DNA of 64,000 bases from Candidatus Multivorans sp. Its GTDB lineage: Bacteria; Acidobacteriota; Thermoanaerobaculia; Multivoradales; Multivoraceae. The stretch lies in the NCBI GenBank assembly GCA_965247095.1, contig OZ251997.1:3616001-3680000 (forward strand). Reading direction: 5' to 3'. Under the pieces are notes generated by a model that was given only the letters and a program-made list of their open reading frames with translations, did no database searches and was not told the origin of the DNA. Of the stretch, positions 1-8,466 are shown piece by piece. The position numbers and the translations under genes were made by a program. Position 1 is the first letter of the stretch. The number at the start of each line of letters is the position of its first letter.

Positions 1-15
1 TCGGTCGCGAGGTTC

Positions 16-92
16 AGGCCCGTAGCTCAGTTGGTTAGAGCGCTACGTTGACATCGTAGAGGTCAGCGGTTCGAGTCCGCTCGGGCCTACCA
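16..92 (+). tRNA. tRNA-Val(GAC)
   Basis: Acceptor stem AGGCCCG/CGGGCCT, D-arm TAGCTCAGTTGGTTAGAGC, anticodon arm CTACG-TT-GAC-AT-CGTAG, T-loop GGTTCGAGTCC, encoded 3' CCA. Confidence 0.97.
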
Positions 93-174
93 GGGTTCGA
101 GCTTGCTCGGACCTCCGCAGGGTTCGAGCTTGCTCGGACCTCCGCAGGGTTCGAGCTTGCTCGGACCTCCGCAG
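91..174 (+). repeat. Three exact 27-bp tandem repeats (CAGGGTTCGAGCTTGCTCGGACCTCCG), each a hairpin
   Basis: Copies at 91-117, 118-144 and 145-171, plus CAG; stem GGTTCGAG/CTCGGACC with CTTG loop. Confidence 0.95.
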
Positions 175-199
175 ACATGGGCCGTTCGGTCTGTGACTC

Positions 200-276
200 A
201 GGCGCTTAGCTCAGTTGGTTAGAGCGCTACCTTCACACGGTAGAGGTCAGCGGTTCGAGTCCGCTAGCGCCTACCA
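200..276 (+). tRNA. tRNA-Val(CAC)
   Basis: Acceptor stem AGGCGCT/AGCGCCT, anticodon arm CTACC-TT-CAC-AC-GGTAG, T-loop GGTTCGAGTCC, CCA end. Confidence 0.97.
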
Positions 277-333
277 TCGCGGTATTGGCAGGAAGAACCC
301 GCCGTCCGCGGTACCCCAGACGGAACTCGCTGC

Positions 334-2268
334 ATGATTGAACTGACCCTGCCGGACGGATCGGTGCGTAGCGTCCCGGCGGGGACGACGGCGCTCGACG
401 CTGCGCGCTCGATCGGACCCGGTCTGGCGAAGGCCGCGGTCGGCGCCGAGCTGGACGGCCGCGCGCTCGATCTGCGCACGCCGATTGAGGTGTCGGGCAG
501 CCTGCGCCTGATCACGATTAAGAGCGAGGAGGCGGCGCCCTTCCTACGCCACACCGCCGAGCACGTGCTGGCGGACGCGGTCCAGCGACTGTGGCCCGGC
601 ACGCAGATCGACGTCGGCCGCCGCGACCACTCGGAGAAGTACCAGTACGACTTTCGCTTCCCGCGCGCGTTCGTGCCGGAGGACCTGGAAGCGATCGAAG
701 CGAAGATGCGCGAGATCCTGGCCGAGAAGCACGAGGTGGAGCGGATCGAGATCGACCGCCGGCAGGCGCGCGAACTGTTCGGCGACCTGGGCGAGCAACT
801 CAAGCTCGAGCGGCTCGAGGACATTCCCGAAGGCGAGCCGATCACCCTGTTCAAGCACGGTGAGTTCGTCGATCTCTGCCGCGGTCCGCACGCGCAGCGC
901 GTGGATCAGGTCGGCGCGGTCAAGCTGCTCGAGAGTTCCGGTGTGTTCTACCGCGGCGACGAGAGCCGGGAGCGGCTGCAACGGATCTACGGCACCGCCT
1001 TCGCCAGCCAAGCGGCGCTCGACGGCTACCTCGCCGACCTGGAGTTGCGCCGGGCCCGCGATCACCGCCGTCTGGGCCCCGAACTCGACCTGTTCAGCTT
1101 CAACCAGAGCGCTCCCGGCAGTCCGTTCTTCCACCCCCGTGGCACGGTGATCTACAACCTGCTGGTCGACTACGTCCAGGGTCTGAACCGGCGCGACGGA
1201 TTCGAGGAGGTGCGCACCCCGCAGATTCTCGATGTCGATCTGTGGCATCGCTCGGGGCACTGGGACAACTACCGCCAGAGCATGTTCTTCACCGAGGTCG
1301 ACGAGCGGCAGTACGCGGTGAAGCCGATGAACTGCCCGACCCACTGCCTGATCTACAAGACCGGCCTGCGGTCGTACCGCGATCTGCCGATCCGCTACGC
1401 CGACTTCGGCCGCCTTCACCGCTACGAACGATCCAGCGTGATCACCGGGCTCACGCGGGTGCGCACGTTCTGTCAGGACGACGCGCACACCTTCTGCACC
1501 GAGGAGCAGATCGAGGCGGAGGTGCTGCGCCCGGTGTCGACGATCCTCGAGATTTACCGGACCTTCGGCTTCGACGACATTCTGATCGAGGTCTCGACCC
1601 GGCCCGAGAAGTCGATCGGCAGCGCGGAACTGTGGCAGCGGGCCGAGGCCGCGCTGATGGGCGCGCTCAGAAGCCGCGATCTCGAGTTCGAGATCAGCGA
1701 GGGCGACGGCGCCTTCTACGGCCCGAAGATCGACTTCCAGGTCCGCGACGCGCTGGGACGGAGCTGGCAGTTGGGGACCGTGCAGTTGGACTACCAGATG
1801 CCCGAGCGGCTCGACCTCGAATACACCGCCAGCGACGGCGGAACCCGGCGCCCGGTCATGCTGCACCGGGCGATGATGGGGTCGGTCGAGCGTTTCATTG
1901 GCATTTTGATCGAGCACTTCGGCGGCGCCTTCCCGATCTGGCTGGCGCCGGCACAGGCGGTCGTCCTGCCGGTATCCGACCGCTTTCTCGACTACGGCGC
2001 CGAGGTGACGAAGAAGCTGCAGGACGCCGGTGCCCGGGCCGAGCTCGATCAGCGCAGCGAGAAGCTCGGCTACAAGATCCGCGACGCCCAGGCCCGGAAG
2101 GTTCCCTACATGCTTGTCGTCGGCGGCCGCGAACAGGAGGCCGGCACCGTGTCGCTCCGCCTGCGCGCAGCGCCGGTTGGAGGCTCCGCGGATCAGGGCC
2201 CGGTGACGATCGAGGATCTGGCGGCTCGGATCTCCGAGCGCACGGCGTCGAAATCGCTGGATCTGTGA
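334..2268 (+). CDS. thrS: Threonine--tRNA ligase
   Basis: N-terminal TGS domain, editing HxxxH and DLCRGPH, KPMNCP, GAFYGPKIDF, anticodon-binding C-terminus. Confidence 0.98.
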   Translation: MIELTLPDGSVRSVPAGTTALDAARSIGPGLAKAAVGAELDGRALDLRTPIEVSGSLRLITIKSEEAAPFLRHTAEHVLADAVQRLWPGTQIDVGRRDHSEKYQYDFRFPRAFVPEDLEAIEAKMREILAEKHEVERIEIDRRQARELFGDLGEQLKLERLEDIPEGEPITLFKHGEFVDLCRGPHAQRVDQVGAVKLLESSGVFYRGDESRERLQRIYGTAFASQAALDGYLADLELRRARDHRRLGPELDLFSFNQSAPGSPFFHPRGTVIYNLLVDYVQGLNRRDGFEEVRTPQILDVDLWHRSGHWDNYRQSMFFTEVDERQYAVKPMNCPTHCLIYKTGLRSYRDLPIRYADFGRLHRYERSSVITGLTRVRTFCQDDAHTFCTEEQIEAEVLRPVSTILEIYRTFGFDDILIEVSTRPEKSIGSAELWQRAEAALMGALRSRDLEFEISEGDGAFYGPKIDFQVRDALGRSWQLGTVQLDYQMPERLDLEYTASDGGTRRPVMLHRAMMGSVERFIGILIEHFGGAFPIWLAPAQAVVLPVSDRFLDYGAEVTKKLQDAGARAELDQRSEKLGYKIRDAQARKVPYMLVVGGREQEAGTVSLRLRAAPVGGSADQGPVTIEDLAARISERTASKSLDL

Positions 2269-2290
2269 AGGTCTGGCGAGGAGGGACGCA

Positions 2291-3739
2291 ATGTTGACGG
2301 AACTCCATCTGGAGAACTTCAAGGCCTGGCGCGAACTGACGATCGAGTTCGGCCGGATCACGGCCCTGTTCGGGGAGAACAGCTCGGGCAAGAGCAGCGT
2401 GCTCCAGTTCTTGCTCCTGCTGAAGCAGACGAAGGACGCGACGGACCGGGGGCTGGTCCTCGACTTCGGCGGCGGGCCGAACGAGCGGGTCGATCTGGGC
2501 AACTTCAAGGCGGCGGTGCACCGAGGGGCGGACAGTGGAGACGGTCCGCCGGACATGGAGTGGTCCCTGGCTTGGCAGCCGTACGGCATCGAGGCGCACC
2601 GTCTCATTTTCCTCGGCTTCGTGCGGCGGATGGAGCAAGGTAGCGACCACGAGGTCCGGTCGACGGCGCGTGTGGGGCTGTCAACGGACCCGGATCGCCG
2701 GCTGGTCGTGAAGCGACTGGCGTACGAGTACCGGGATGTCGAGTTCGAGTTGAAGCTCAAGGCAGATTGCGAGCGATTCGAACTCGCCTGTTCGGACGAG
2801 ACGTTCCTCAAGGACGCGAGGTCCTTGGAGTCCGTAACTCAAGAACTGCTGGGAACGTTCCGTGGCGGCTCGGATCTTCCGTCCGCCGAGCTCCCTGCCC
2901 CGGACCCAGGCCACGAGAAGGGTCTTCCCGGCCCCGTCAAGACGCACCTGTTCCCCCCGGAGGCCCGGCAGCGGTCCCGAGCCTTCTACGACGTCGTCGG
3001 GGGGCTTGAGGCGTCCTACGAGGGACTGATGGACCGGATCTTCTATCTGGGGCCGCTCCGCGACCGGCCTCGGAGGAACTACACATGGTCGGGTGCGCGT
3101 CCCAAGGGCGTCGGCGACAGCGGCGAGTATGCGATCGAGGCCATTCTCGCGGCGAGTGCGCGCCAGCAGGACGATTGCTTCCAAGGTCGGATCGCTCGGA
3201 ACCTGAAGGGGCTCGGACTCATCGAAGCGTTCTCGCTGCGCGAGTTCGGGGAGGGAAGAGGCTTCTACGAGGCGGTCGTGCAGAGGCACGAGGGCGGGCC
3301 GGAGGCGACGTTGGCGGACGTCGGCATCGGCGTGTCCCAGGTATTGCCCGTGCTCGTCCTGCTCCACTACGTACCGGAAGGGTCGATCGTCCTGTTGGAG
3401 CAGCCGGAACTCCACCTTCACCCGTCCGTCCAGAGCCGCCTGGCGGACGTGATGCTCGACGTCGCGAGGGAGCGCGATCTGCAGATCGTCGTCGAGAGCC
3501 ATAGCGAGCACCTCCTGCGCCGTTTCCAGCGTCGGGTCGCCGAGGAGAAGGCAGCGCCCTCGGAGCTGAAGCTCTACTTCGTCCGCTCCGGGAAAGGGGA
3601 GGCCGGACTCGATCCGCTGCGGCTCAACGAGTGGGGCGGCATCGAGAACTGGCCCGAGCACTTCTTCGGCGACGAGTTCGGCGAGATTGCCGCGACGAGC
3701 AAGGCGGGGCTGAAGAGGCGGATGCGGAAGGCCGAGTGA
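2291..3739 (+). CDS. ABC/AAA-family ATPase with DUF3696-like C-terminus (conflict-system type)
   Basis: LENFKA, Walker A GENSSGKS, VGIGVSQVLP signature, Walker B LLEQPELHLHP, ESHSEH, C-terminal GGIENWPEHFF. Confidence 0.85.
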   Translation: MLTELHLENFKAWRELTIEFGRITALFGENSSGKSSVLQFLLLLKQTKDATDRGLVLDFGGGPNERVDLGNFKAAVHRGADSGDGPPDMEWSLAWQPYGIEAHRLIFLGFVRRMEQGSDHEVRSTARVGLSTDPDRRLVVKRLAYEYRDVEFELKLKADCERFELACSDETFLKDARSLESVTQELLGTFRGGSDLPSAELPAPDPGHEKGLPGPVKTHLFPPEARQRSRAFYDVVGGLEASYEGLMDRIFYLGPLRDRPRRNYTWSGARPKGVGDSGEYAIEAILAASARQQDDCFQGRIARNLKGLGLIEAFSLREFGEGRGFYEAVVQRHEGGPEATLADVGIGVSQVLPVLVLLHYVPEGSIVLLEQPELHLHPSVQSRLADVMLDVARERDLQIVVESHSEHLLRRFQRRVAEEKAAPSELKLYFVRSGKGEAGLDPLRLNEWGGIENWPEHFFGDEFGEIAATSKAGLKRRMRKAE

Positions 3740-4230
3740 TGGCGAAGACGTTGGGACCGGCGAGCGTGGTCGACACGAATGTCGCCGTCGTTGCCGAAGG
3801 TCGGAACGACGATGTGTCTCCATGCTGCAGGGCGGCATGCGAGGAGGAAATCGAGGCGTTGGTGGAGGAAGGCGTCGTGGTTGTGGACGAGGGCGGCTTG
3901 ATCGTCGCCGAGTATCAGAAGCAGTTGGGTCACGCCCCCGGAGGGGTCGGCGCCAGGTTTTTCAAGCACGTTTGGATCGAGCAATGGCGAGGAGAGAAAG
4001 TCAGGCAGGTGACGATCACCGAGTCAGGCGAAGAGCACGGCTTCAAGGAACTGCCGCCGAACCGGCTCGATCCCTCGGACCGAAAGTTCCTCGCAACCGC
4101 GGTCGTGGGAGAGGCCAGGATCCTGAATGCCGTGGACAGCGATTGGGCAGAGCAACGGACACTCACGGAGGACCTGGGCGTCGACGTCGTTCAGCTCTGC
4201 CCGAAGCACGCGACCAGGGCCGGGGCGTGA
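3739..4230 (+). CDS. PIN-like domain protein (putative ribonuclease)
   Basis: VVDTNV, AEY, DPSDRKFLATA and DSDW acidic motifs; ATG overlaps the ATPase stop (TGATG). Confidence 0.72.
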   Translation: MAKTLGPASVVDTNVAVVAEGRNDDVSPCCRAACEEEIEALVEEGVVVVDEGGLIVAEYQKQLGHAPGGVGARFFKHVWIEQWRGEKVRQVTITESGEEHGFKELPPNRLDPSDRKFLATAVVGEARILNAVDSDWAEQRTLTEDLGVDVVQLCPKHATRAGA

Positions 4231-4246
4231 CCGGCGGATTCCAGCC

Positions 4247-4906
4247 GTGACGACTCCGCCGAAGTACCCGCGAACGCCCTACTGGCCGTTCTCGCCCACC
4301 GCGGGAGACGATGGCCCGACGGCGGTCGACGCCGGCCGGTTCGTCGGCGTGCCGGTAGTCGTCACGGAGAAACTGGACGGAAGCTGCACGCTGCTCCACC
4401 AAGGCGCCGTCTACGCGCGCAGCGTGGACGCGCCGACCTCCGCGAAGTGGATGGCGATGGTCAAGAAGCACCATGCATGGAAGGTGGCCGAACCCGACAT
4501 GTTTCTCTATGGCGAGGACATCTACGGCATCCACAGCATCGAGTACGGGCCGGTGCCGGAGAACGAGACCTTCTACGCGTTCGCGCTGCGCGACGGCCAA
4601 GGCCTGTTTTCCTCTTTCGGCACCCTGGCCGACTACGCCTCCCAGCGCGACATTCCGGTGGTGCCGGTTCTCTTCGACGGCACCTTCAGGTCGACAGCCG
4701 ATCTTGGGGACTTCATAGGCGAAGCCCACGCCCAGCCGTCGGCCCTGGGTGGAAAGAGAGAAGGTGTCGTTGTCCGATTGGCGCGCTCGTTCCCGGCCTC
4801 CGAGTTCAGCCGCTCCATCTGCAAGAGCGTCCGCGCTGGTCACGTTCAGACCGATCAGCACTGGACAAGGAACTGGAGACCCTGCCGCATAGCGCGGGCC
4901 GGTTGA
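4247..4906 (+). CDS. RNA ligase family protein (ATP-dependent nucleotidyltransferase)
   Basis: KYPRTP N-terminus, motif I TEKLDG, LYGE, FYAF, REGVVVR, K-x-VR near C-terminus; GTG start inferred. Confidence 0.85.
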   Translation: MTTPPKYPRTPYWPFSPTAGDDGPTAVDAGRFVGVPVVVTEKLDGSCTLLHQGAVYARSVDAPTSAKWMAMVKKHHAWKVAEPDMFLYGEDIYGIHSIEYGPVPENETFYAFALRDGQGLFSSFGTLADYASQRDIPVVPVLFDGTFRSTADLGDFIGEAHAQPSALGGKREGVVVRLARSFPASEFSRSICKSVRAGHVQTDQHWTRNWRPCRIARAG

Positions 4907-5015
4907 AACCCCCAAGCGCCGCAGTAGCGTCGCCGCTTCGCGGCGCGTTCCTTCGCGGAAGCCGGCCGGAAGGCCGGCGCACCGACAGTCGGCGCCGCCG
5001 CAACAGCTCGGTTTC
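4905..5015. repeat. Cluster of GC-rich REP-like hairpins
   Basis: CGCCGC-TTC-GCGGCG (4931-4945) and GCCGGCC-GGAA-GGCCGGC (4961-4978), enclosed by GAAACC...GGTTTC. Confidence 0.5.
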
Positions 5016-5031
5016 TGAGGCAGCTCGACGC

Positions 5032-5220
5032 CGTCCAGCCTTGGCCGGGGCCGGAGGGGAGGGTCCCAGCGGACTGGAGGCGAGCGACGGGCAACGACCT
5101 CTCAGTTACCGACGCCCGTACGGAGCGAAGCCGACCGGAGCGAGCGCTGCCTTCCCGCCTACCGAGAGAGCGCGAGCGGCCGATGGGACCCTCCCCTCCG
5201 GCTCCGGACAAGGCTGGACG
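5032..5220. mobile_element. 189-bp element with 37-bp terminal inverted repeats (MITE-like or structured RNA)
   Basis: 5032-5068 matches the reverse complement of 5184-5220 at 35/37 positions. Confidence 0.6.
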
Positions 5221-5329
5221 AGCCACCGCCACTCCGACGCCGATGCCACGTACCGGGTAGCCGCGCGCGGCGTTTCCGGTTAGTATCCGCCGTTCGGCGG
5301 CTCCCCTGAGCCCCGAAGGAGGCTCAGGA

Positions 5330-5524
5330 ATGCCCAAGCAGAAAACCCACCGTGGAGCGGCGAAGCGCTTCAAGCTCACCGCCAAGGGCAAGGTGAAGCG
5401 ACGCCACTCGATGATGAACCACATCCTGACCAAGAAGTCGCAGAAGCGGAAGCGGAAGCTGCGCAAGCAGACCGATGTCGCCGGCGCTTTCGCCAAGACG
5501 ATCAAGGGGATGCTTCACGGCTGA
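5330..5524 (+). CDS. rpmI: 50S ribosomal protein L35
   Basis: [15 protein letters not shown]...HILTKK. Confidence 0.98.
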   Translation: MPKQKTHRGAAKRFKLTAKGKVKRRHSMMNHILTKKSQKRKRKLRKQTDVAGAFAKTIKGMLHG

Positions 5525-5561
5525 GGCGGTGGCTCGCGGGCGCCACAGAGGGTTATAGACG

Positions 5562-5951
5562 ATGGCACGAGTAAAACGCGGCAGCCGGCGCGCTCGTCGG
5601 CGCAAGAAGATTCTCAAACAGGCCAAGGGCTACTACGGCGTCAAGTCGAAGGGGCACCGCATCGCCAAGCAGGCGGTGGACCGGGCTCTCGCCTACTCCT
5701 ATCGCGACCGCCGCCAGAAGAAGCGGCAGTTCCGCAGCCTCTGGATCGTGCGGATCAACGCTGCCGCGCGCCTGAACGGTCTGTCCTATAGCCGCTTCAT
5801 GTCCGGCCTGCGGCTCGCCGGCATCGAGCTGAACCGGAAGATGCTTGCCGATCTCGCGGTGCGCGATGCCGAGGGCTTCGCGGCCGTGGCGTCCGCGGCC
5901 CGGGGCGCCCTCGCCGCCGGCTCTGCCGGGACCGCCTCCGCCTCGTCCTGA
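5562..5951 (+). CDS. rplT: 50S ribosomal protein L20
   Basis: MARVKRG...AKGY...[24 protein letters not shown]. Confidence 0.98.
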   Translation: MARVKRGSRRARRRKKILKQAKGYYGVKSKGHRIAKQAVDRALAYSYRDRRQKKRQFRSLWIVRINAAARLNGLSYSRFMSGLRLAGIELNRKMLADLAVRDAEGFAAVASAARGALAAGSAGTASASS

Positions 5952-6166
5952 TGGCTGAGGGCTCCGCCTCTGCGATCACGCGTCTGGAGGAAGTGATCGA
6001 CCGGGCGAAGGAGGCTCTTGCGGCAGAGCGTGAGCGGACGCGTGAACTGACCGCCGAACTCGAAGCCGCGGAGCAGCGGGCAGCCGAGGAGCGTAACGAG
6101 ATCGGCCAGCGCGTCGAGGCGCTTGCCGAAGGTCTCGAAGAGCTGCTCGGCAGCGACGATTCCTGA
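5951..6166 (+). CDS. Short coiled-coil protein, ZapB-like
   Basis: All-helical heptad pattern; coupled to rplT and directly upstream of zapA. Confidence 0.6.
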   Translation: MAEGSASAITRLEEVIDRAKEALAAERERTRELTAELEAAEQRAAEERNEIGQRVEALAEGLEELLGSDDS

Positions 6167-6275
6167 AACCGGAAAGGCTCGACAGGACGCTTGGGGGCCC
6201 TCGCGTCCTGCGCTCGGAGGCGCCGATGCGGGTGCGAGCGGGTGCTATAGTGCCGGTCCTTCGGAGTATCTAGAA

Positions 6276-6605
6276 GTGGCCGAAAGCGAACACCAAGAAG
6301 ATGTTGCGGCCACCGTGGTGGTCGAGATCTTCGGCGTTTCCTACACCCTCCGGGAGGACGGAGCGACCGATGCCGAGCGCATTCGGGAGCTTGCCCGCAG
6401 GGTCGACCGCAAGATGCGGGAGGTGGCCGATCACTCGCCCAATCTGGAGGCGGGCAAGATCGCCATTCTTGCCGCCCTGAATCTCGTCAATGAGCCGTCG
6501 TCTTCGTCCGAGGATGGCGAGGAGGCGGAGGACGGCCGGTTCGTGGAGATGGTTGAGCGCGTGTCCAGCCTGACCTCCGAACTGGAGGCGGCGCTCGATT
6601 CCTGA
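6276..6605 (+). CDS. zapA: Cell division protein ZapA
   Basis: VEIFGVSYTL...LARRVDRKMREV...IAILAALN; GTG start inferred. Confidence 0.88.
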   Translation: MAESEHQEDVAATVVVEIFGVSYTLREDGATDAERIRELARRVDRKMREVADHSPNLEAGKIAILAALNLVNEPSSSSEDGEEAEDGRFVEMVERVSSLTSELEAALDS

Positions 6606-6686
6606 CTTGCATGGAGCCCTGTTTCCTGTGCGTCAGCGCGGCGCGGACGCCGCGACTCGATTACTACTGGAAGAATCTTTGACTTT

Positions 6687-6874
6687 GCATCCCCTGCGCG
6701 GTTCGTGATGAAAGCCGTGGTTGGAACCATCGCTCTTTTTGAGGGAGTCTCTCAACTGCTCGCCCGTGCCAGCCCCGCTCGAACGGGGACGCTGACGGCG
6801 AGTGGTGCGGACACCCACCTGGTCTCGCTCTGGTTCTGTGTCGGGGCGCGTTCACACGGCCTCGCGGGGGATGC
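6687..6874 (+). ncRNA. ssrS: 6S RNA
   Basis: ~188 nt; closing stem GCATCCCCTGCG/CGCGGGGGATGC with a long interrupted hairpin; canonical position between zapA and rny. Confidence 0.8.
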
Positions 6875-6897
6875 CCTTCTGCCCGGATCGAGGGCTG

Positions 6898-8466
6898 ATG
6901 ACGGAAACCACTCTCATTGCCGCTGCGGTGGCGGCGGCTACTCTTGTTGCAGCCTGGCTGCTTTGGAGCCTTGTCGGTCGGCGTAATGCGGCGAGGCTGA
7001 TTTGGGAGGCCCGCCGCCAGGCGGACAGCCTCATCGAAGAGACCGAGCGCGAGTGCGCCGCCAAGGGGCGCGAACTGGAACTCGCGGCGAAGGAGGAGGT
7101 CCTTTCGCTGCGCGCCGAGTTCGAGCGCTCGTCGGCGGAGCAGAGGAGAAAGCTCGAGGCGCGCGAACGGGAGGTCGGGGAGCGGCGGGCACGGGCGGGC
7201 GAAGAGACGGCCCGGTTGGAGCGTCTCGGCGAGGAACTCGAGCAGCGGCAACGATCGGTCGCGGACGGCGAGCGGCGACTCGATACCGAGCGGGCCGAAC
7301 TCGCCGAGGGGCTCACGAACGTCCGGCGCCAACTCGGGCGGGTTTCGGGCCTCACCGTGCAGCAGGCCCGGGAGGAACTGAGCCACAGCCTGGAGCACGA
7401 AGTGCGCATGGAGTCGGCGCACCTCGCCAAGCGGATCGAGGACGAAGCCCGGGAGTCGGCCCAGCGGGAGGCTCAGCGGATCGTCAGTCTTGCCATCGAA
7501 CGCTCGGCTTCGGACTACGTCTCGGAAACGACCGTGTCGGTGGTCATGCTGCCGAACGACGAGATGAAGGGACGGATCATCGGGCGTGAGGGGCGGAACA
7601 TCCGGACCCTGGAGTTGATCACGGGCGTCGACCTGATCGTCGACGACACGCCGGAGGCGGTCATTCTCTCCGGCTTCGACCCCTTCAGGCGGGAGATCGC
7701 GCGGGTCACCCTGGAGCGCCTGATCGCTGACGGCCGCATCCACCCGGCTCGGATCGAGGAGGTCGCGGCCAAGGTCGAGTCCGAATTCGAGGACCGGGTA
7801 GAGCGCGAGGGTCGCGAGGCCTTGCTGGAACTGAACCTGTCGGGGCTCCACCCGGAGCTGGTCAGGCTGCTCGGGCGCCTGCGCTTCCGCACGTCGTACG
7901 GCCAGAACGTCCTGCAGCACAGCAAGGAGGTCGCCTTCCTCGCCGGCATCATGGCGGGCGAGTTGAAGGTGGACGTTCATGTCGCCAAGCGGGCCGGGCT
8001 GTTGCACGACATCGGCAAGGCGGTGGACCGCGAGATCGACGGCACCCACCTGGAGATCGGCATCGACCTGCTCCGCCGGCATGGCGAGAGCGAGGAAGTG
8101 ATCCACGCCATGGCGTGTCATCACGGGGACTACGACCCGGAGACGGTCGAAGCGGTGCTGGTGACGGCGGCCGACGCCGTGTCCGCGGCGCGTCCGGGAG
8201 CGCGGAGGGAGATTCTCGAGAGCTACGTGAAGCGGCTGAAGAAGCTGGAGGAGCTTGCCGCCGGCTTCAAGGGCGTACAGAAGAGCTATGCGATTCAGGC
8301 CGGCCGGGAAGTCCGCGTGATCGTCGACTGCAAGGAGATCAGCGACGAGCAGGCCGTCTGGCTGGGCCGCGACGTGGCGCGGAAGATCGAAGGGGAGCTC
8401 ACCTATCCGGGCCAGATCAAGGTCACGGTGATCCGGGAGTCGCGATCGATCGAGTACGCGCGCTGA
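6898..8466 (+). CDS. rny: Ribonuclease Y
   Basis: N-terminal TM anchor, coiled coil, KH motif MKGRIIGREGRNI, HD domain LLHDIGK. Confidence 0.97.
   Translation: MTETTLIAAAVAAATLVAAWLLWSLVGRRNAARLIWEARRQADSLIEETERECAAKGRELELAAKEEVLSLRAEFERSSAEQRRKLEAREREVGERRARAGEETARLERLGEELEQRQRSVADGERRLDTERAELAEGLTNVRRQLGRVSGLTVQQAREELSHSLEHEVRMESAHLAKRIEDEARESAQREAQRIVSLAIERSASDYVSETTVSVVMLPNDEMKGRIIGREGRNIRTLELITGVDLIVDDTPEAVILSGFDPFRREIARVTLERLIADGRIHPARIEEVAAKVESEFEDRVEREGREALLELNLSGLHPELVRLLGRLRFRTSYGQNVLQHSKEVAFLAGIMAGELKVDVHVAKRAGLLHDIGKAVDREIDGTHLEIGIDLLRRHGESEEVIHAMACHHGDYDPETVEAVLVTAADAVSAARPGARREILESYVKRLKKLEELAAGFKGVQKSYAIQAGREVRVIVDCKEISDEQAVWLGRDVARKIEGELTYPGQIKVTVIRESRSIEYAR

Noticed and set aside
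91-174. CRISPR array
   Set aside because: The repeats are contiguous with no spacers, and there are no cas genes in the window
544-2811. Long antisense and alternative-frame ORFs (also 6664-8124, 23801-27160, 55308-57449, 61901-63943 and many others)
   Set aside because: Shadow ORFs of real genes caused by high GC3; no recognisable motifs
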